Shown: positions 1 to 9,314, numbered from the stretch's first letter. The stretch is 64,000 nt of DNA from Cocleimonas sp. (GCA_021647365.1 JAKIUW010000008.1:19070-83069); one strand, 5' to 3'. The notes: generated by a model from the letters alone, not told the origin. A program made the numbers and translations.

Positions 1-1556
1 CAGCGAAAGATTCTAATTTAATTGGTCAGTTTGGTGTAGGCTTTTACTCATCATTTATCGTGGCAGACAAAGTTACGCTGACCACACGTCGCGCAGGTGA
101 TAAACCTAACAAAGCTGTGACATGGGAGTCTGATGGACAAAGTGGTTTCACACTTGAAGATACCAAGAAAGAAACACACGGTACAGAAATCGTATTACAC
201 CTAAAAGAAGAAGAAAAAGAATTCGCAAACGGTTGGCGCTTGCGCAGTGTGATTTCGACCTATTCAGATCATATTCCGCTACCAGTGAAAATGCTTAAAC
301 CCGATGACTCCGAAGGCGCAGAAGGAAAGCTTACGGATGAGTGGGAAGTAGTTAACAAAGCCAATGCACTTTGGACCGAGCCAAAAAGTGCTCTCAAAGA
401 TGAAGATTACCAAGAGTTCTACAAACATATTTCGCACGACTGGGAAAATCCATTAGCGTGGAGCCACAACCACGTAGAAGGCAATCTCGAATATAAGTCA
501 CTCTTGTATATTCCTGCTAAAGCACCGTTTGATTTATGGGAGCCTGAGCAGAAAAATGGCATTAAACTTTATGTGCAACGTGTTTTCATTATGGATGACA
601 CCAAGAACCTAATACCAAATTACATGCGCTTTGTGCGCGGTGTGATTGATTCAAACGACTTACCTTTGAACGTATCGCGTGAAATTTTACAAAGTAATAA
701 AACCGTTGATTCCATGCGTAAAGCATCGGTTAAAAAGGTTTTAGGCTTGCTGGATAAAATGGCGAAGAACGAAAAGGAAGAATACCAAAAATTCTGGAAT
801 GAATTTGGCAAGGTGATAAAAGAGGGGCCAGGTGAAGATTTTGCCAATAAAGAGCAAATCGCCAAGCTATTACGTTTTTCATCTACCGAGTCTGATACAG
901 AAGAGCAAACTGTCACGCTTGAAGATTACGTTTCACGCATGAAAGATGAGCAGGAAGAAATCTACTATATTACGGCAGATTCATTTACCTCAGCGAAGAA
1001 CAGCCCGCACTTAGAAGTATTTCGTAAAAAAGGCATCGAAGTATTATTGCTGAGTGACCGTGTGGACGAGTGGTTAACGCAAGGTTTACAAGAGTTTGAT
1101 GGAAAGAAACTACAGTCAGTAGCCAAAGGCGAATTAGACCTTGGTAAGTTTGATAGTGAAAAAGATAAAAAAGAGCAGGAAAAAGCAGAAGAAAAAGCGA
1201 GTGGTGTTATTAAGCACCTAAAAGAAGTGCTGGGTGATAAGGTTGAAACAGTGCGTGTATCGCATCGCTTAACGGATTCACCCTCGTGTATTGTACTTAG
1301 CGAGCAAGACATGGCGCTTTACATGCAAAACTTGATGAAGCAAGCAGGGCATGAAATGCCAGAGAGTAAGCCTGTGTTGGAGATTAACCCAACGCACCCG
1401 CTTATTGCGCGCATGGAAGCTGAAACGGATGATGAGCAGTTTGCAGATTGGGCGGATATTTTGTTTGATCAGGCGTTACTGGCAGAAGGCGCACAGCTTG
1501 AAGATCCAGCAGGGTTTGTTAATAAGTTAAATAAGCTGATGTTGAAAATGTCTTAA
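1..1556 (+). CDS. htpG: Chaperone HtpG (Hsp90); 5' end cut by the window edge
   Basis: Frame 3 is open from base 3 ([24 protein letters not shown]...), upstream of the GTG listed at 60. Hsp90 middle and C-terminal regions are recognisable. Confidence 0.93.
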   Translation, partial: AKDSNLIGQFGVGFYSSFIVADKVTLTTRRAGDKPNKAVTWESDGQSGFTLEDTKKETHGTEIVLHLKEEEKEFANGWRLRSVISTYSDHIPLPVKMLKPDDSEGAEGKLTDEWEVVNKANALWTEPKSALKDEDYQEFYKHISHDWENPLAWSHNHVEGNLEYKSLLYIPAKAPFDLWEPEQKNGIKLYVQRVFIMDDTKNLIPNYMRFVRGVIDSNDLPLNVSREILQSNKTVDSMRKASVKKVLGLLDKMAKNEKEEYQKFWNEFGKVIKEGPGEDFANKEQIAKLLRFSSTESDTEEQTVTLEDYVSRMKDEQEEIYYITADSFTSAKNSPHLEVFRKKGIEVLLLSDRVDEWLTQGLQEFDGKKLQSVAKGELDLGKFDSEKDKKEQEKAEEKASGVIKHLKEVLGDKVETVRVSHRLTDSPSCIVLSEQDMALYMQNLMKQAGHEMPESKPVLEINPTHPLIARMEAETDDEQFADWADILFDQALLAEGAQLEDPAGFVNKLNKLMLKMS

Positions 1557-1586
1557 TCTTTCTATTCTTTATTAAAGATCATATCG

Positions 1587-1613
1587 ATCATGTAAAACTA
1601 GGGGGGTGTGCTT
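1587..1613 (+). repeat. G-tract repeat copy 1 (CTA subtype, forward)
   Basis: atcatgtaaaactaggggggtgtgctt, 31 nt after the htpG stop. Confidence 0.9.
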
Positions 1614-1639
1614 CATAATAGGAATCACACCCCTTTTTT
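1603..1639 (+). terminator. htpG intrinsic terminator built from a repeat core
   Basis: ggggtgtg (1603-1610, repeat core) pairs with cacacccc (1626-1633), followed by TTTTTT. Confidence 0.6.
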
Positions 1640-1673
1640 ATTTAATTCCACTCAGTACAGTTGAAGCTAAGTT

Positions 1674-2468
1674 ATGAACATTTATCAATCTGCACATCAT
1701 TGTTTAATGCTCAACGACGTTGCTAAAAAGCGAACTTGTGTGGATGCCTTATATAAGGCTTGGAAGAATAAAGAAGTTACGCGGGATGATTATGATCTTG
1801 TGAGTATAGAAACCCCCGGTCGCCCAAGCAAGCCAGAGCTTATAGATCCTTTGTTGTTAAAGCGTCGCAAGCTTGGTTCAGAAACGGGTCGCGCTATGTT
1901 GATTCACGCTATCGCGCATATCGAATTTAATGCAATAAACTTAGCGCTGGATGCGGTGTATCGCTTTCGTGATATGCCCGATCAATATTACAGTGACTGG
2001 CTCAAAGTAGCCTCAGAAGAGGCGTATCATTTTTCATTACTCGATGAACGCTTAAAAAGTCTGGGCTATAACTATGGCAATTTCCCCGCGCATAATGGCT
2101 TATGGGAAATGGTTTTAAAAACGGACCACGATGTCATGATACGCATGGCGCTCGTGCCACGCGTACTTGAGGCGCGTGGTTTGGATGTGACTCCAGGGAT
2201 GATGGAACGTTTGGCAAAAGTAGGTGATCACGAGACAGTTGACATACTAAAAGTTATATTACGTGATGAAATAGGACATGTGGCAATAGGTTCGTACTGG
2301 TTCAAACATTGCTGTGAATCTTTCAAAATAAACCCAGAACAAACCTTTCGTGACTTGTTGGTTGAATACATGGGCGGCGGGATACGCGGACCGTTTTATA
2401 TGGAAGGGCGTTTGCTTGCAGGGTTTAGCCAAGAAGAGATGGATGATCTGGTTGCTATGATGGCTTAG
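1674..2468 (+). CDS. Ferritin-like DUF455 family protein
   Basis: 264 aa with the DUF455-type pattern (AIAHIEFNAINLALDA, SEEAYHF, PRVLEARGLDV, RDEIGHV). Confidence 0.72.
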   Translation: MNIYQSAHHCLMLNDVAKKRTCVDALYKAWKNKEVTRDDYDLVSIETPGRPSKPELIDPLLLKRRKLGSETGRAMLIHAIAHIEFNAINLALDAVYRFRDMPDQYYSDWLKVASEEAYHFSLLDERLKSLGYNYGNFPAHNGLWEMVLKTDHDVMIRMALVPRVLEARGLDVTPGMMERLAKVGDHETVDILKVILRDEIGHVAIGSYWFKHCCESFKINPEQTFRDLLVEYMGGGIRGPFYMEGRLLAGFSQEEMDDLVAMMA

Positions 2469-2487
2469 TGGTTTCTTCTACTCCCTC

Positions 2488-2516
2488 CATCATGTAAAAC
2501 TAGGGGGGTGTGCTTT
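2488..2516 (+). repeat. G-tract repeat copy 2 (CTA, forward)
   Basis: catcatgtaaaactaggggggtgtgcttt, between convergent stops at 2468 and 2528. Confidence 0.9.
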
Positions 2517-2527
2517 TTATCATAATG

Positions 2528-3274
2528 TTATAAATCAAACTCAATCTGAAGTCCTAAGTGGTCAGATGAGCGTTCATTAATTCCTGCGACTTTTTCTTTG
2601 CCAAAAGTTGTAAAGCTTTTTATGCTATTTTCGTTGCCTAAGCCTTGATGCCACACACGATCGTAGCGGGCTTTGTATTGATTAATTTGCCATGTGCTTT
2701 TGTGTTTTTTGGCTGAGCCTGTTGTCTCCCATGCATCTTTTACAGACTTCACAACTTCAGGCTCTAGATTTTGCCATTCTGATTTCCTCAAATTGGTATC
2801 ACCTGCAAAAATGATGGCGTCTTGGTGATTGTTCATTATGTCTAATATTTGTTTGGCTTGATCAACACGCATGGATGCGCCAGGTTTTTGGCTTTCTAAA
2901 TGTGCTGTCATGATAGTTAAGCCTTCAATGCTAAGTGTTGATAAGCCTCTGCCTTGATCGCTGTATGAGAATTTTTCGTAGTGAGTTTCAATAACAGGGT
3001 GACGTGTGGCGATGACTTCAAAATAGGAACGCTCTGTCGGCGCATCAGGAAACAAGGTAAATCCTGCCGCCGTTAAATGCGGGACGAGATGTGCGTGAAA
3101 AGTGCGCTCAACCACTTCTTGTAATAGCACAATATCAGGCATATTGGGTTTAAAGTCGGGTATTACCGCTTTTTCAATCGGCGCGCCAAGGAGTAGATGA
3201 AACATGGCGGCTTCGGTGCGCATGTCGAGATGTTCATCTTCTAAACCGTTGAGATTCCATGTAACAAGATTCAT
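2528..3274 (-). CDS. Endonuclease/exonuclease/phosphatase (EEP) family protein
   Basis: N-terminal WNLNG and C-terminal SDHLGL motifs of the EEP fold. Start moved to ATG at 3274 (MNLVTWNLNG), 10 nt after the upstream stop; the longer ORF would overlap the upstream gene. Confidence 0.72.
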   Translation of the reverse strand: MNLVTWNLNGLEDEHLDMRTEAAMFHLLLGAPIEKAVIPDFKPNMPDIVLLQEVVERTFHAHLVPHLTAAGFTLFPDAPTERSYFEVIATRHPVIETHYEKFSYSDQGRGLSTLSIEGLTIMTAHLESQKPGASMRVDQAKQILDIMNNHQDAIIFAGDTNLRKSEWQNLEPEVVKSVKDAWETTGSAKKHKSTWQINQYKARYDRVWHQGLGNENSIKSFTTFGKEKVAGINERSSDHLGLQIEFDL

Positions 3275-3284
3275 ATAATAAAAA

Positions 3285-4133
3285 TCACCGAACAGGGCGA
3301 GTAACAATATCAGCGCGAATGGCTTTAGAGAAGTCTTTGGCATCTTCTGAGGCGCGTGCAATTTCACTAATATCAAAATGCTCGCGCGCTTCTTTATACG
3401 GTAGGTGTGTGTCGATCATATTGAGTCTGTAAGCAATCTTGTCGATGTCTTCAGGAATCAGATAACGATAATCCCAGAGGGGAATGGGTTTATCTGAAAA
3501 GCGCTTTGTATGTTTTACTATATTGGTGGTGCAGTTATTCCAAATGGTATTGTAAAACTCAGGCTCTTTGCCAAGTTTATTAGCACGTTTTAGCATGTCG
3601 AGAAAAACAGCTTGAACACGTTTTTTTTCTGTTTGGATGGGAAATAAACGCACGGTAGCGCCAATAGTATTGGTGCGTACCTTGATCACATCGCTTTCAT
3701 CGGCAATCACATACATCATTTCAAATTGACGGAAGAAGGCTTTCACTGCATTAAAACGCGTGCCTTTTTTACGCCGAACTTCAATGGAAATGGCAAGGTA
3801 AGTGCCATCTTTTAAACCAAAGGATACAAAAGTATGCGCTACGCCAAAAGAACCAAAAGGAGAAATCACCAGCCAAGCAGATTCCACATCTTCAAGCTTA
3901 ATGGTGCGGTCATAAAAATTAAGATCAAAGTCGCGGGTGGTGCGATAATTAATATCGCGAATATTGTTGATGCGAATCTTGCCTTTATCCATAAAATGAA
4001 TGGAAGGCATGACCGCTTGGTCGGGCGACCAGTTACGAGAGAGTGAAGGGTTGGTGATAAAATAAAAGAGTATTCCGCCAACCAATATGATAGCGAACAG
4101 TATTAAAATCCCAACTAGAATTGTCTCTCCCAT
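3285..4133 (-). CDS. DUF4105 (Lnb N-terminal periplasmic domain) membrane-anchored protein
   Basis: N-terminal TM helix, then the DUF4105-like pattern (INNIRDINY, HTFVSFGL, SIEVRRKKG, YNTIWNNCTTN). Confidence 0.7.
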   Translation of the reverse strand: MGETILVGILILFAIILVGGILFYFITNPSLSRNWSPDQAVMPSIHFMDKGKIRINNIRDINYRTTRDFDLNFYDRTIKLEDVESAWLVISPFGSFGVAHTFVSFGLKDGTYLAISIEVRRKKGTRFNAVKAFFRQFEMMYVIADESDVIKVRTNTIGATVRLFPIQTEKKRVQAVFLDMLKRANKLGKEPEFYNTIWNNCTTNIVKHTKRFSDKPIPLWDYRYLIPEDIDKIAYRLNMIDTHLPYKEAREHFDISEIARASEDAKDFSKAIRADIVTRPVR

Positions 4134-4194
4134 TCACATGTCCATCATTACTTCAGCGGGTTTTATCATACAGCAATATTGAGGGAGAATCTTT

Positions 4195-4220
4195 ATCATG
4201 TAAAAGTGGGGGGGGTGTGG
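4195..4220 (+). repeat. G-tract repeat copy 3 (GTG, forward, G8 tract)
   Basis: atcatgtaaaagtggggggggtgtgg. Confidence 0.88.
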
Positions 4221-4233
4221 ATTTTCTTTAGTA

Positions 4234-4316
4234 TCGTCATACCAGCGTATGCTGGTATCCATTTCAACAATAATGATATTGGCCGAACATGGATTGCGGC
4301 ATCCACCATAATGAGG
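4234..4316. repeat. Second repeat type: tcgtcataccagcgtatgctggtatccat ... tggattgcggcatccaccataatgagg
   Basis: AT-shifted version of the widespread proteobacterial element that reads as VIPA.AGIQ / MDSRLRGNDE-type pseudo-peptides. Hairpin accagc-gtat-gctggt. Confidence 0.45.
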
Positions 4317-4325
4317 AATTAGAAG

Positions 4326-5657
4326 TTATTCAAATTCCATAGCTCTATAAATACGCCCCGCATTTTGCAAGGCAAGCTCATTAAAAGTATCCAAATGAGA
4401 GTAGTCTGATTGATCAATCTTGTAAGCTTCTTGTTCGCTACCATCATCTTCAAGAATTTTAGCCACTTGCTCGCGCATATAAACGAGATAATCCTTGGTG
4501 TATTTTGTTAGTTCGCCCATATCCGTGGTGGGAGCGCCATGACCGGGGATGACAATCTCAGGCTTGAGCGCTTCAAAGGCATCCCAAGTTTTAATCCAGC
4601 CTTCGGTATCGGTATGTTCCATGACGGGTAGTAGTCGTTGGCGGAAGGCTAAATCGCCTGAAATCATCAGTTTCTTTTTAGGTAGCCAGAGTGAAATGTC
4701 ACCTGGGCTATGTGCAGGCCCTAGGCGTAATAGCACGATATGTTCGCCACCCAGTTCAATCTCCATCTTATCTTCGAAAGTTTTATCAGCATAAGCGAGT
4801 GTGGTGTATTGAGATTTATCACGACGACCACGTTGCATCCGCTCTATTATTTGATCTCCATGTGCTTTCATCTCTTCAAGTGCATCAACGTGTGCGATAA
4901 CAGTTGCGCCTTGTTCTTGCCAGTAGTTTGTGCCGAGCATGGCGTGACCTTGGGCATTCTCCAATACAATATATTTTACAGGTTGATCGGTGATTTTTTT
5001 GATCTCTGTATGCAGGGCTTGAGCGAGTAAATAATTATCCCCAGCATTAAAAACCAGCACGCCTGATTTAGTAACAATAAAGGATAAATTGTTATTGTGG
5101 CCTGAGTTGGCATAAGTCGCTGGTGCCGTTGCACCAATAGCCGAGTAGACATTATCTTTTACCAGAACTGGCAAACTGTAGAGCATTGACTCAGGCGCTT
5201 TATCTGTGTGATTGATGGGCAGTTTCAATTCTTGCCATTTATTATAACCATCCGCGTAGTTTTTCACATTGGTATAGCCTAAATCCATCAGTGTTCGTGC
5301 TGCCAGTGGGCTGCGCTGATTTGTGCCGCAATAGACGATGATAGGCGTGTCTTTGGTTTTTACATGGCTTGCAACATCAAACTCCAACCAGCCACGTGGA
5401 ATATTGACATGTTCATCGGCATCAATCGAACCACCGATAAAATCAACCTCATTGGCGGTGCGTACATCGATTAATTCAATTTTAGGATTCTTTTTTAAGA
5501 GTGCTTGAAGCTCAGCTGTGTTGATATTGTTAATGGATTTATTGGCATCTTGAATGGCTTTTTCGCCAGCAGTTTGGGGTGGTTCTGCATGGCTGAATGT
5601 TGGTATTAGCATCGCTATGAATAAGGCATGTAAAAGTGGGGGGGTGTGAATTCTCAT
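4326..5657 (-). CDS. Secreted rhodanese domain + metallo-beta-lactamase-fold fusion protein
   Basis: Signal-peptide-like N-terminus ending FSHA, rhodanese loop VYCGTNQRS, C-terminal MBL-fold region (PGHGAPT). AGGAA lies 4 nt upstream of ATG 5657. Codons 4-10 are encoded by a repeat copy. Confidence 0.72.
   Translation of the reverse strand: MRIHTPPLLHALFIAMLIPTFSHAEPPQTAGEKAIQDANKSINNINTAELQALLKKNPKIELIDVRTANEVDFIGGSIDADEHVNIPRGWLEFDVASHVKTKDTPIIVYCGTNQRSPLAARTLMDLGYTNVKNYADGYNKWQELKLPINHTDKAPESMLYSLPVLVKDNVYSAIGATAPATYANSGHNNNLSFIVTKSGVLVFNAGDNYLLAQALHTEIKKITDQPVKYIVLENAQGHAMLGTNYWQEQGATVIAHVDALEEMKAHGDQIIERMQRGRRDKSQYTTLAYADKTFEDKMEIELGGEHIVLLRLGPAHSPGDISLWLPKKKLMISGDLAFRQRLLPVMEHTDTEGWIKTWDAFEALKPEIVIPGHGAPTTDMGELTKYTKDYLVYMREQVAKILEDDGSEQEAYKIDQSDYSHLDTFNELALQNAGRIYRAMEFE
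5627..5648 (+). repeat. G-tract repeat copy 4 (GTG, forward), inside CDS 4326..5657
   Basis: catgtaaaagtgggggggtgtg. Read on the minus strand as HTPPLLH, codons 4-10. Confidence 0.9.
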
Positions 5658-5682
5658 AGGGTTCCTAGTTTGCGGTTGAGAC

Positions 5683-7245
5683 TTAAACTTTACTATAGTC
5701 TAAAAGCTTATTGGCAAGTGATTCAATTGACATATTAGTTTGTGCGCAGGAGTTTGCAGGTTTTGAGTGCCATATAAAATAATCAGAATGATCATCGTTG
5801 TAATCAGTTTTTTGATAAATATCGGGCATACTGGGAATGTGATCGCCATAGAAACAGAGCGTAGTTTCTCTGCTTGATTGTCGGTAATTATCCGTCAATG
5901 CTTTGATCATTTTATCCGCGTTTTTTAAGTGGCGCAGGTAGACGGTTAGATCGTTTAGGCCCCCCAATTTTGTATCAGAATAATATGTGCTTTGTTCTTG
6001 TTTGTTTGTTTTCTCAAGATGCAATGGACCGTGATTTTCCATAGTAATCGCAAATATAAACAAAGGCTTATCGGTTATTTGTTTTGTGATTTCAAGTATT
6101 TTGTCGGTAACGGCTTGATCGGAAATATAAGGGCCGGATTTTGTCGCGCCGTCAAAACTGCCAATATCAATAAACTCATCAAAACCTAGTTTAGGGAAGA
6201 GTTTGTCGCGTCCAAAAAAAGAGGCAGGATGAGGGTGGATGCACACGCAATAGTAGCCTTGAGATTGCAATGCTGAGGCGATGGAGCTGACGGGCATCTG
6301 ATGAATAAATTGATAAGGGTAGTAGCGATACAAACCCATATCTTGATATTTTAGCCCTGTTAGAAATGAGAACTCAGAGCGCATGGTATTGGCACCCCAT
6401 GCAGGGACTTTCAGTTTGCCATATTGTGCAGACTCGGCGTTACAGGCATCAAAGTTTTTTAGAATATCGGTTTTAATGGATGGATGTAAACGGCGCGCAT
6501 CAAAAAAGGATTCGCTTTGGATAACGGTGATATTGGGTTTGTCTTTATCTTTATCGCTTAGACCTTTATTAAAATCTGAATCCATCATGTAAAAGTGGGG
6601 GGGTGTGCTTTCAGTATTCTTATTCTGAGTAAAGAACGGTGATGATTGTAATGTTTGCACTATCTGTTGCTTATGCTCTTTGCTTCTTGCTTGTACCGTG
6701 TATGTGACAAGCGTGTTGATCAAGCCGTAGCGGGCGTTGTCTTCTGCAGGGTTGGCAGAAAGTTTGAGTTTTTCAGCGCTGTTTTTGATAAAGAATCCAA
6801 TGCCGATAATAGCCAGCAGAGATAGAAAAATACGTTTGGCAGTAAACGCCATCGCAGGTTCTAGCGTTAGCACGGCAATAATCAGCCCGATGATGATAAT
6901 GGGTGCGATGATGACAGGGGCTAATCCCAAAAAAGGAAAGTATAAGCGCGGGTGCTTAAAGGCTTGGGAGAACATTGCAAAATCAGAAAATACTATTGGC
7001 TCTTTAAGCGCTTTGAATTTCGCATTGCTTACAGCAATCACAATAATGAAAAACACCACAAGCGCAATGCCTGAGAAAATAGGGCGTTGCACAATTAATG
7101 TCAGCACTATAAATAATATGCTGATGATAGAAGCTTGTAATATCAAGGTGTTATTGCTGAAAGTTGCTTCTTTAGGTTTGCTAAATCGTTCTAGCCAGAT
7201 CGAGGCTGTAATAGTGAAAAATAAGGCGAATATAAACGTTAGCAT
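5683..7245 (-). CDS. LTA-synthase/sulfatase-family membrane transferase
   Basis: About 5 N-terminal TM helices followed by a sulfatase-fold domain (ITVIQSESFFDARR, TMENHGP, YGDHIPS). A repeat copy is read in-frame in the linker. Confidence 0.75.
   Translation of the reverse strand: MLTFIFALFFTITASIWLERFSKPKEATFSNNTLILQASIISILFIVLTLIVQRPIFSGIALVVFFIIVIAVSNAKFKALKEPIVFSDFAMFSQAFKHPRLYFPFLGLAPVIIAPIIIIGLIIAVLTLEPAMAFTAKRIFLSLLAIIGIGFFIKNSAEKLKLSANPAEDNARYGLINTLVTYTVQARSKEHKQQIVQTLQSSPFFTQNKNTESTPPHFYMMDSDFNKGLSDKDKDKPNITVIQSESFFDARRLHPSIKTDILKNFDACNAESAQYGKLKVPAWGANTMRSEFSFLTGLKYQDMGLYRYYPYQFIHQMPVSSIASALQSQGYYCVCIHPHPASFFGRDKLFPKLGFDEFIDIGSFDGATKSGPYISDQAVTDKILEITKQITDKPLFIFAITMENHGPLHLEKTNKQEQSTYYSDTKLGGLNDLTVYLRHLKNADKMIKALTDNYRQSSRETTLCFYGDHIPSMPDIYQKTDYNDDHSDYFIWHSKPANSCAQTNMSIESLANKLLDYSKV
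6583..6611 (+). repeat. G-tract repeat copy 5 (GTG, forward), inside CDS 5683..7245
   Basis: catcatgtaaaagtgggggggtgtgcttt. Read on the minus strand as STPPHFYMM. Confidence 0.9.
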
Positions 7246-7252
7246 AAATATT

Positions 7253-8065
7253 TTATCTTGCCTTTACGTTGCTTTTCGCGCCACTTTTTACACCGCCTTT
7301 TACTACGCCATAAAGCTTTTGCATAATCAAATCGGCAAGCGATGATGGTAATAGCGATAGCGCCCATATTCCAAAATTTAACGGGAATGGGAATGAGATG
7401 CTGGCTTTGTTTTTTTGTAAACCGTTGTAGATTATATCAGCGGCACGTTCGGGGCTGATCATAAAGGGTTTGTCAGCATGAAATTGATCGCTTAAAGCCG
7501 ATTTTACAAAACCTGGATAGACTACACTCACGCTGATGCCATCGGCTTTTAACCAACCACACAGTGCTTGTCCATAGCCCTTAACGGCAGATTTGCTGGC
7601 GCAGTAAACAGGCGAGATCGGCATGCCATAATGTGCAGCGAGCGAACTAATAATGGCTATTTGACCGTGTTTTCGTTCGCGAAGTTTGTCGATGAGTGGA
7701 TTTAAAGTCGCTAATACACCGTATAAATTAGTATCAATCACGTTGCAAATGGATTGCCACGATTCAGCTTCGCCAGTTTTTGGGATAATGCTGGTAACGC
7801 CTGCATTACAAATGACAAGATCAATGGGATGTTCGGCATCAATCTCGCTAATTAGTTTTTGCAGGGCTTGAGTGTTCGTTACATCAATACGGTAGGTCAA
7901 TGCGGCGGCCTGCTTTTTCTTGCAGTCTTGAGCAACGGATACTAGTTTTCTTTCATTTCGTGCCAGCAGAATTAAACGTGTAGTCGGGCTAGCATAGCGC
8001 TTTGCTAATGCGGCACCAATGCCATCGCTTGCGCCTGTTATGAGTATGTTTTTTCTATTATTCAT
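7253..8065 (-). CDS. Short-chain dehydrogenase/reductase (SDR)
   Basis: TGASDGIGAA Rossmann motif, NAG, and YCASKSAV catalytic YxxxK. Confidence 0.85.
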   Translation of the reverse strand: MNNRKNILITGASDGIGAALAKRYASPTTRLILLARNERKLVSVAQDCKKKQAAALTYRIDVTNTQALQKLISEIDAEHPIDLVICNAGVTSIIPKTGEAESWQSICNVIDTNLYGVLATLNPLIDKLRERKHGQIAIISSLAAHYGMPISPVYCASKSAVKGYGQALCGWLKADGISVSVVYPGFVKSALSDQFHADKPFMISPERAADIIYNGLQKNKASISFPFPLNFGIWALSLLPSSLADLIMQKLYGVVKGGVKSGAKSNVKAR

Positions 8066-8069
8066 TTGT

Positions 8070-9314
8070 TTATTCTTTGTTTACTTTATCTGTGTTTGCT
8101 TCTAATAGTGGCAAGCTATTTGCCACAGCCATTTCAATTCCTGTTTGATTGTAAAAGCTGCCATTAACTTGCGTGTTCTCAATCACCGAGGCTCTGAAAG
8201 CTTCAAAAAGCGCTTGGTCTGGTGGGTTAGCTTGCGTCCAAAACTCATCTAATGAACCTTGGAAGGTTAGCCCTACCATATTATAAATAGCCTTGCCTAA
8301 TGCAATAACAGGGCAATTATAGATTAATGAAGCCGTGCCAACCGTGCTATTTACCAAAATGGTGCCTTTGGCATGTTTGAGTAGTGAGATAAGGTTGCCC
8401 GCTTCTAAATAAATCATACGATTTTCATCTAGTTTATTTTTATGCGCTGCTTCTTTAATAACAGCAGGGTAGTCTATAAACCAAGGGTCAAGCGGGTGGT
8501 TTTTAATAACAAGCAAAGCATCTTGAGGTGCATACTGGGCAAATGATTTAATCGTTGTTTGTATCAAGTCTTCAATGCCGTTGATCGAAGAATGAATGCG
8601 TATTTGAGCATCAGCGCCTAGCTGCAAAGGCAAAAGATAGAAGGTTTTTTGTTTGCTTAGAAGTTCATCAATCTGCCGTTTTGCTTTTTTCTCATAGTAA
8701 AATTTAACCGAAGGAATTCGTTGCACAAAGCCCCAGTATTCTTTTAGTGCGCTATCTGGGCGGTGTGTTTGGTAGTGTGGAAATAGGGGTTTAAGGATAG
8801 CCTTTGCCAAGTGGTAGCGAATATCATGCCAAGCACGTATTGAAAGTCCACCGCCTGTTGGCAGAGTGGTTTGGTTTTTTATTTGATGTGTTTTTGCAAA
8901 GTTAATAAACCACTCAGGATCTTTGGATAAGCTTGAGTGTGCATTCACTCCGCCCTTATCCAATGTTACCCAGTTAGGTCTAAAATAGCCTTCTTCATAA
9001 ACATGGATGTTTATATTCTTACTCTTGGCAAGCTTAATGGCAGGTAAGTGGACAGGGCGCGTATCACCAAAAAGAATAATATCGCTAATCGCATGTTGTT
9101 CAAAAATACCAGCATAAAAGGCAGGAAGCGTATCGAGTGTTCCGCGATAATTGATATGTTTGAGTGCGGTAGAAAAAAAACGACCAGAGAGCAAATCACC
9201 CCCGCAAAAGTTGATCTTTAACGCCTCATGTCCCGCATTATTCAAAGCTTTTTCAAGCTCAGAAAAAAAGGGGCTGGCAACACCTTGTAAGAGTAAAAAA
9301 GAACGACTTATCAT
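8070..9314 (-). CDS. kpsS: Capsule polysaccharide biosynthesis protein, KpsS-like (beta-Kdo transferase family)
   Basis: Collinear with my memory of E. coli KpsS (LLLQG..PFF, FGD.RP.H, EEGYFRP, GGVNA.SSL, VIKNHPLD, LL.HAK..ILVNST.G). Not verified by search. Confidence 0.75.
   Translation of the reverse strand: MISRSFLLLQGVASPFFSELEKALNNAGHEALKINFCGGDLLSGRFFSTALKHINYRGTLDTLPAFYAGIFEQHAISDIILFGDTRPVHLPAIKLAKSKNINIHVYEEGYFRPNWVTLDKGGVNAHSSLSKDPEWFINFAKTHQIKNQTTLPTGGGLSIRAWHDIRYHLAKAILKPLFPHYQTHRPDSALKEYWGFVQRIPSVKFYYEKKAKRQIDELLSKQKTFYLLPLQLGADAQIRIHSSINGIEDLIQTTIKSFAQYAPQDALLVIKNHPLDPWFIDYPAVIKEAAHKNKLDENRMIYLEAGNLISLLKHAKGTILVNSTVGTASLIYNCPVIALGKAIYNMVGLTFQGSLDEFWTQANPPDQALFEAFRASVIENTQVNGSFYNQTGIEMAVANSLPLLEANTDKVNKE

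Noticed and set aside
620-1312. Antisense or shadow ORFs inside long genes. Examples are 620..916 and 965..1312 in htpG, 6737..7345, 36556..36993, 44665..45111 and 45324..45698.
   Set aside because: They lie opposite or out of frame within confidently identified genes and have low-complexity, Ser/Leu/Cys-rich translations typical of non-coding frames.
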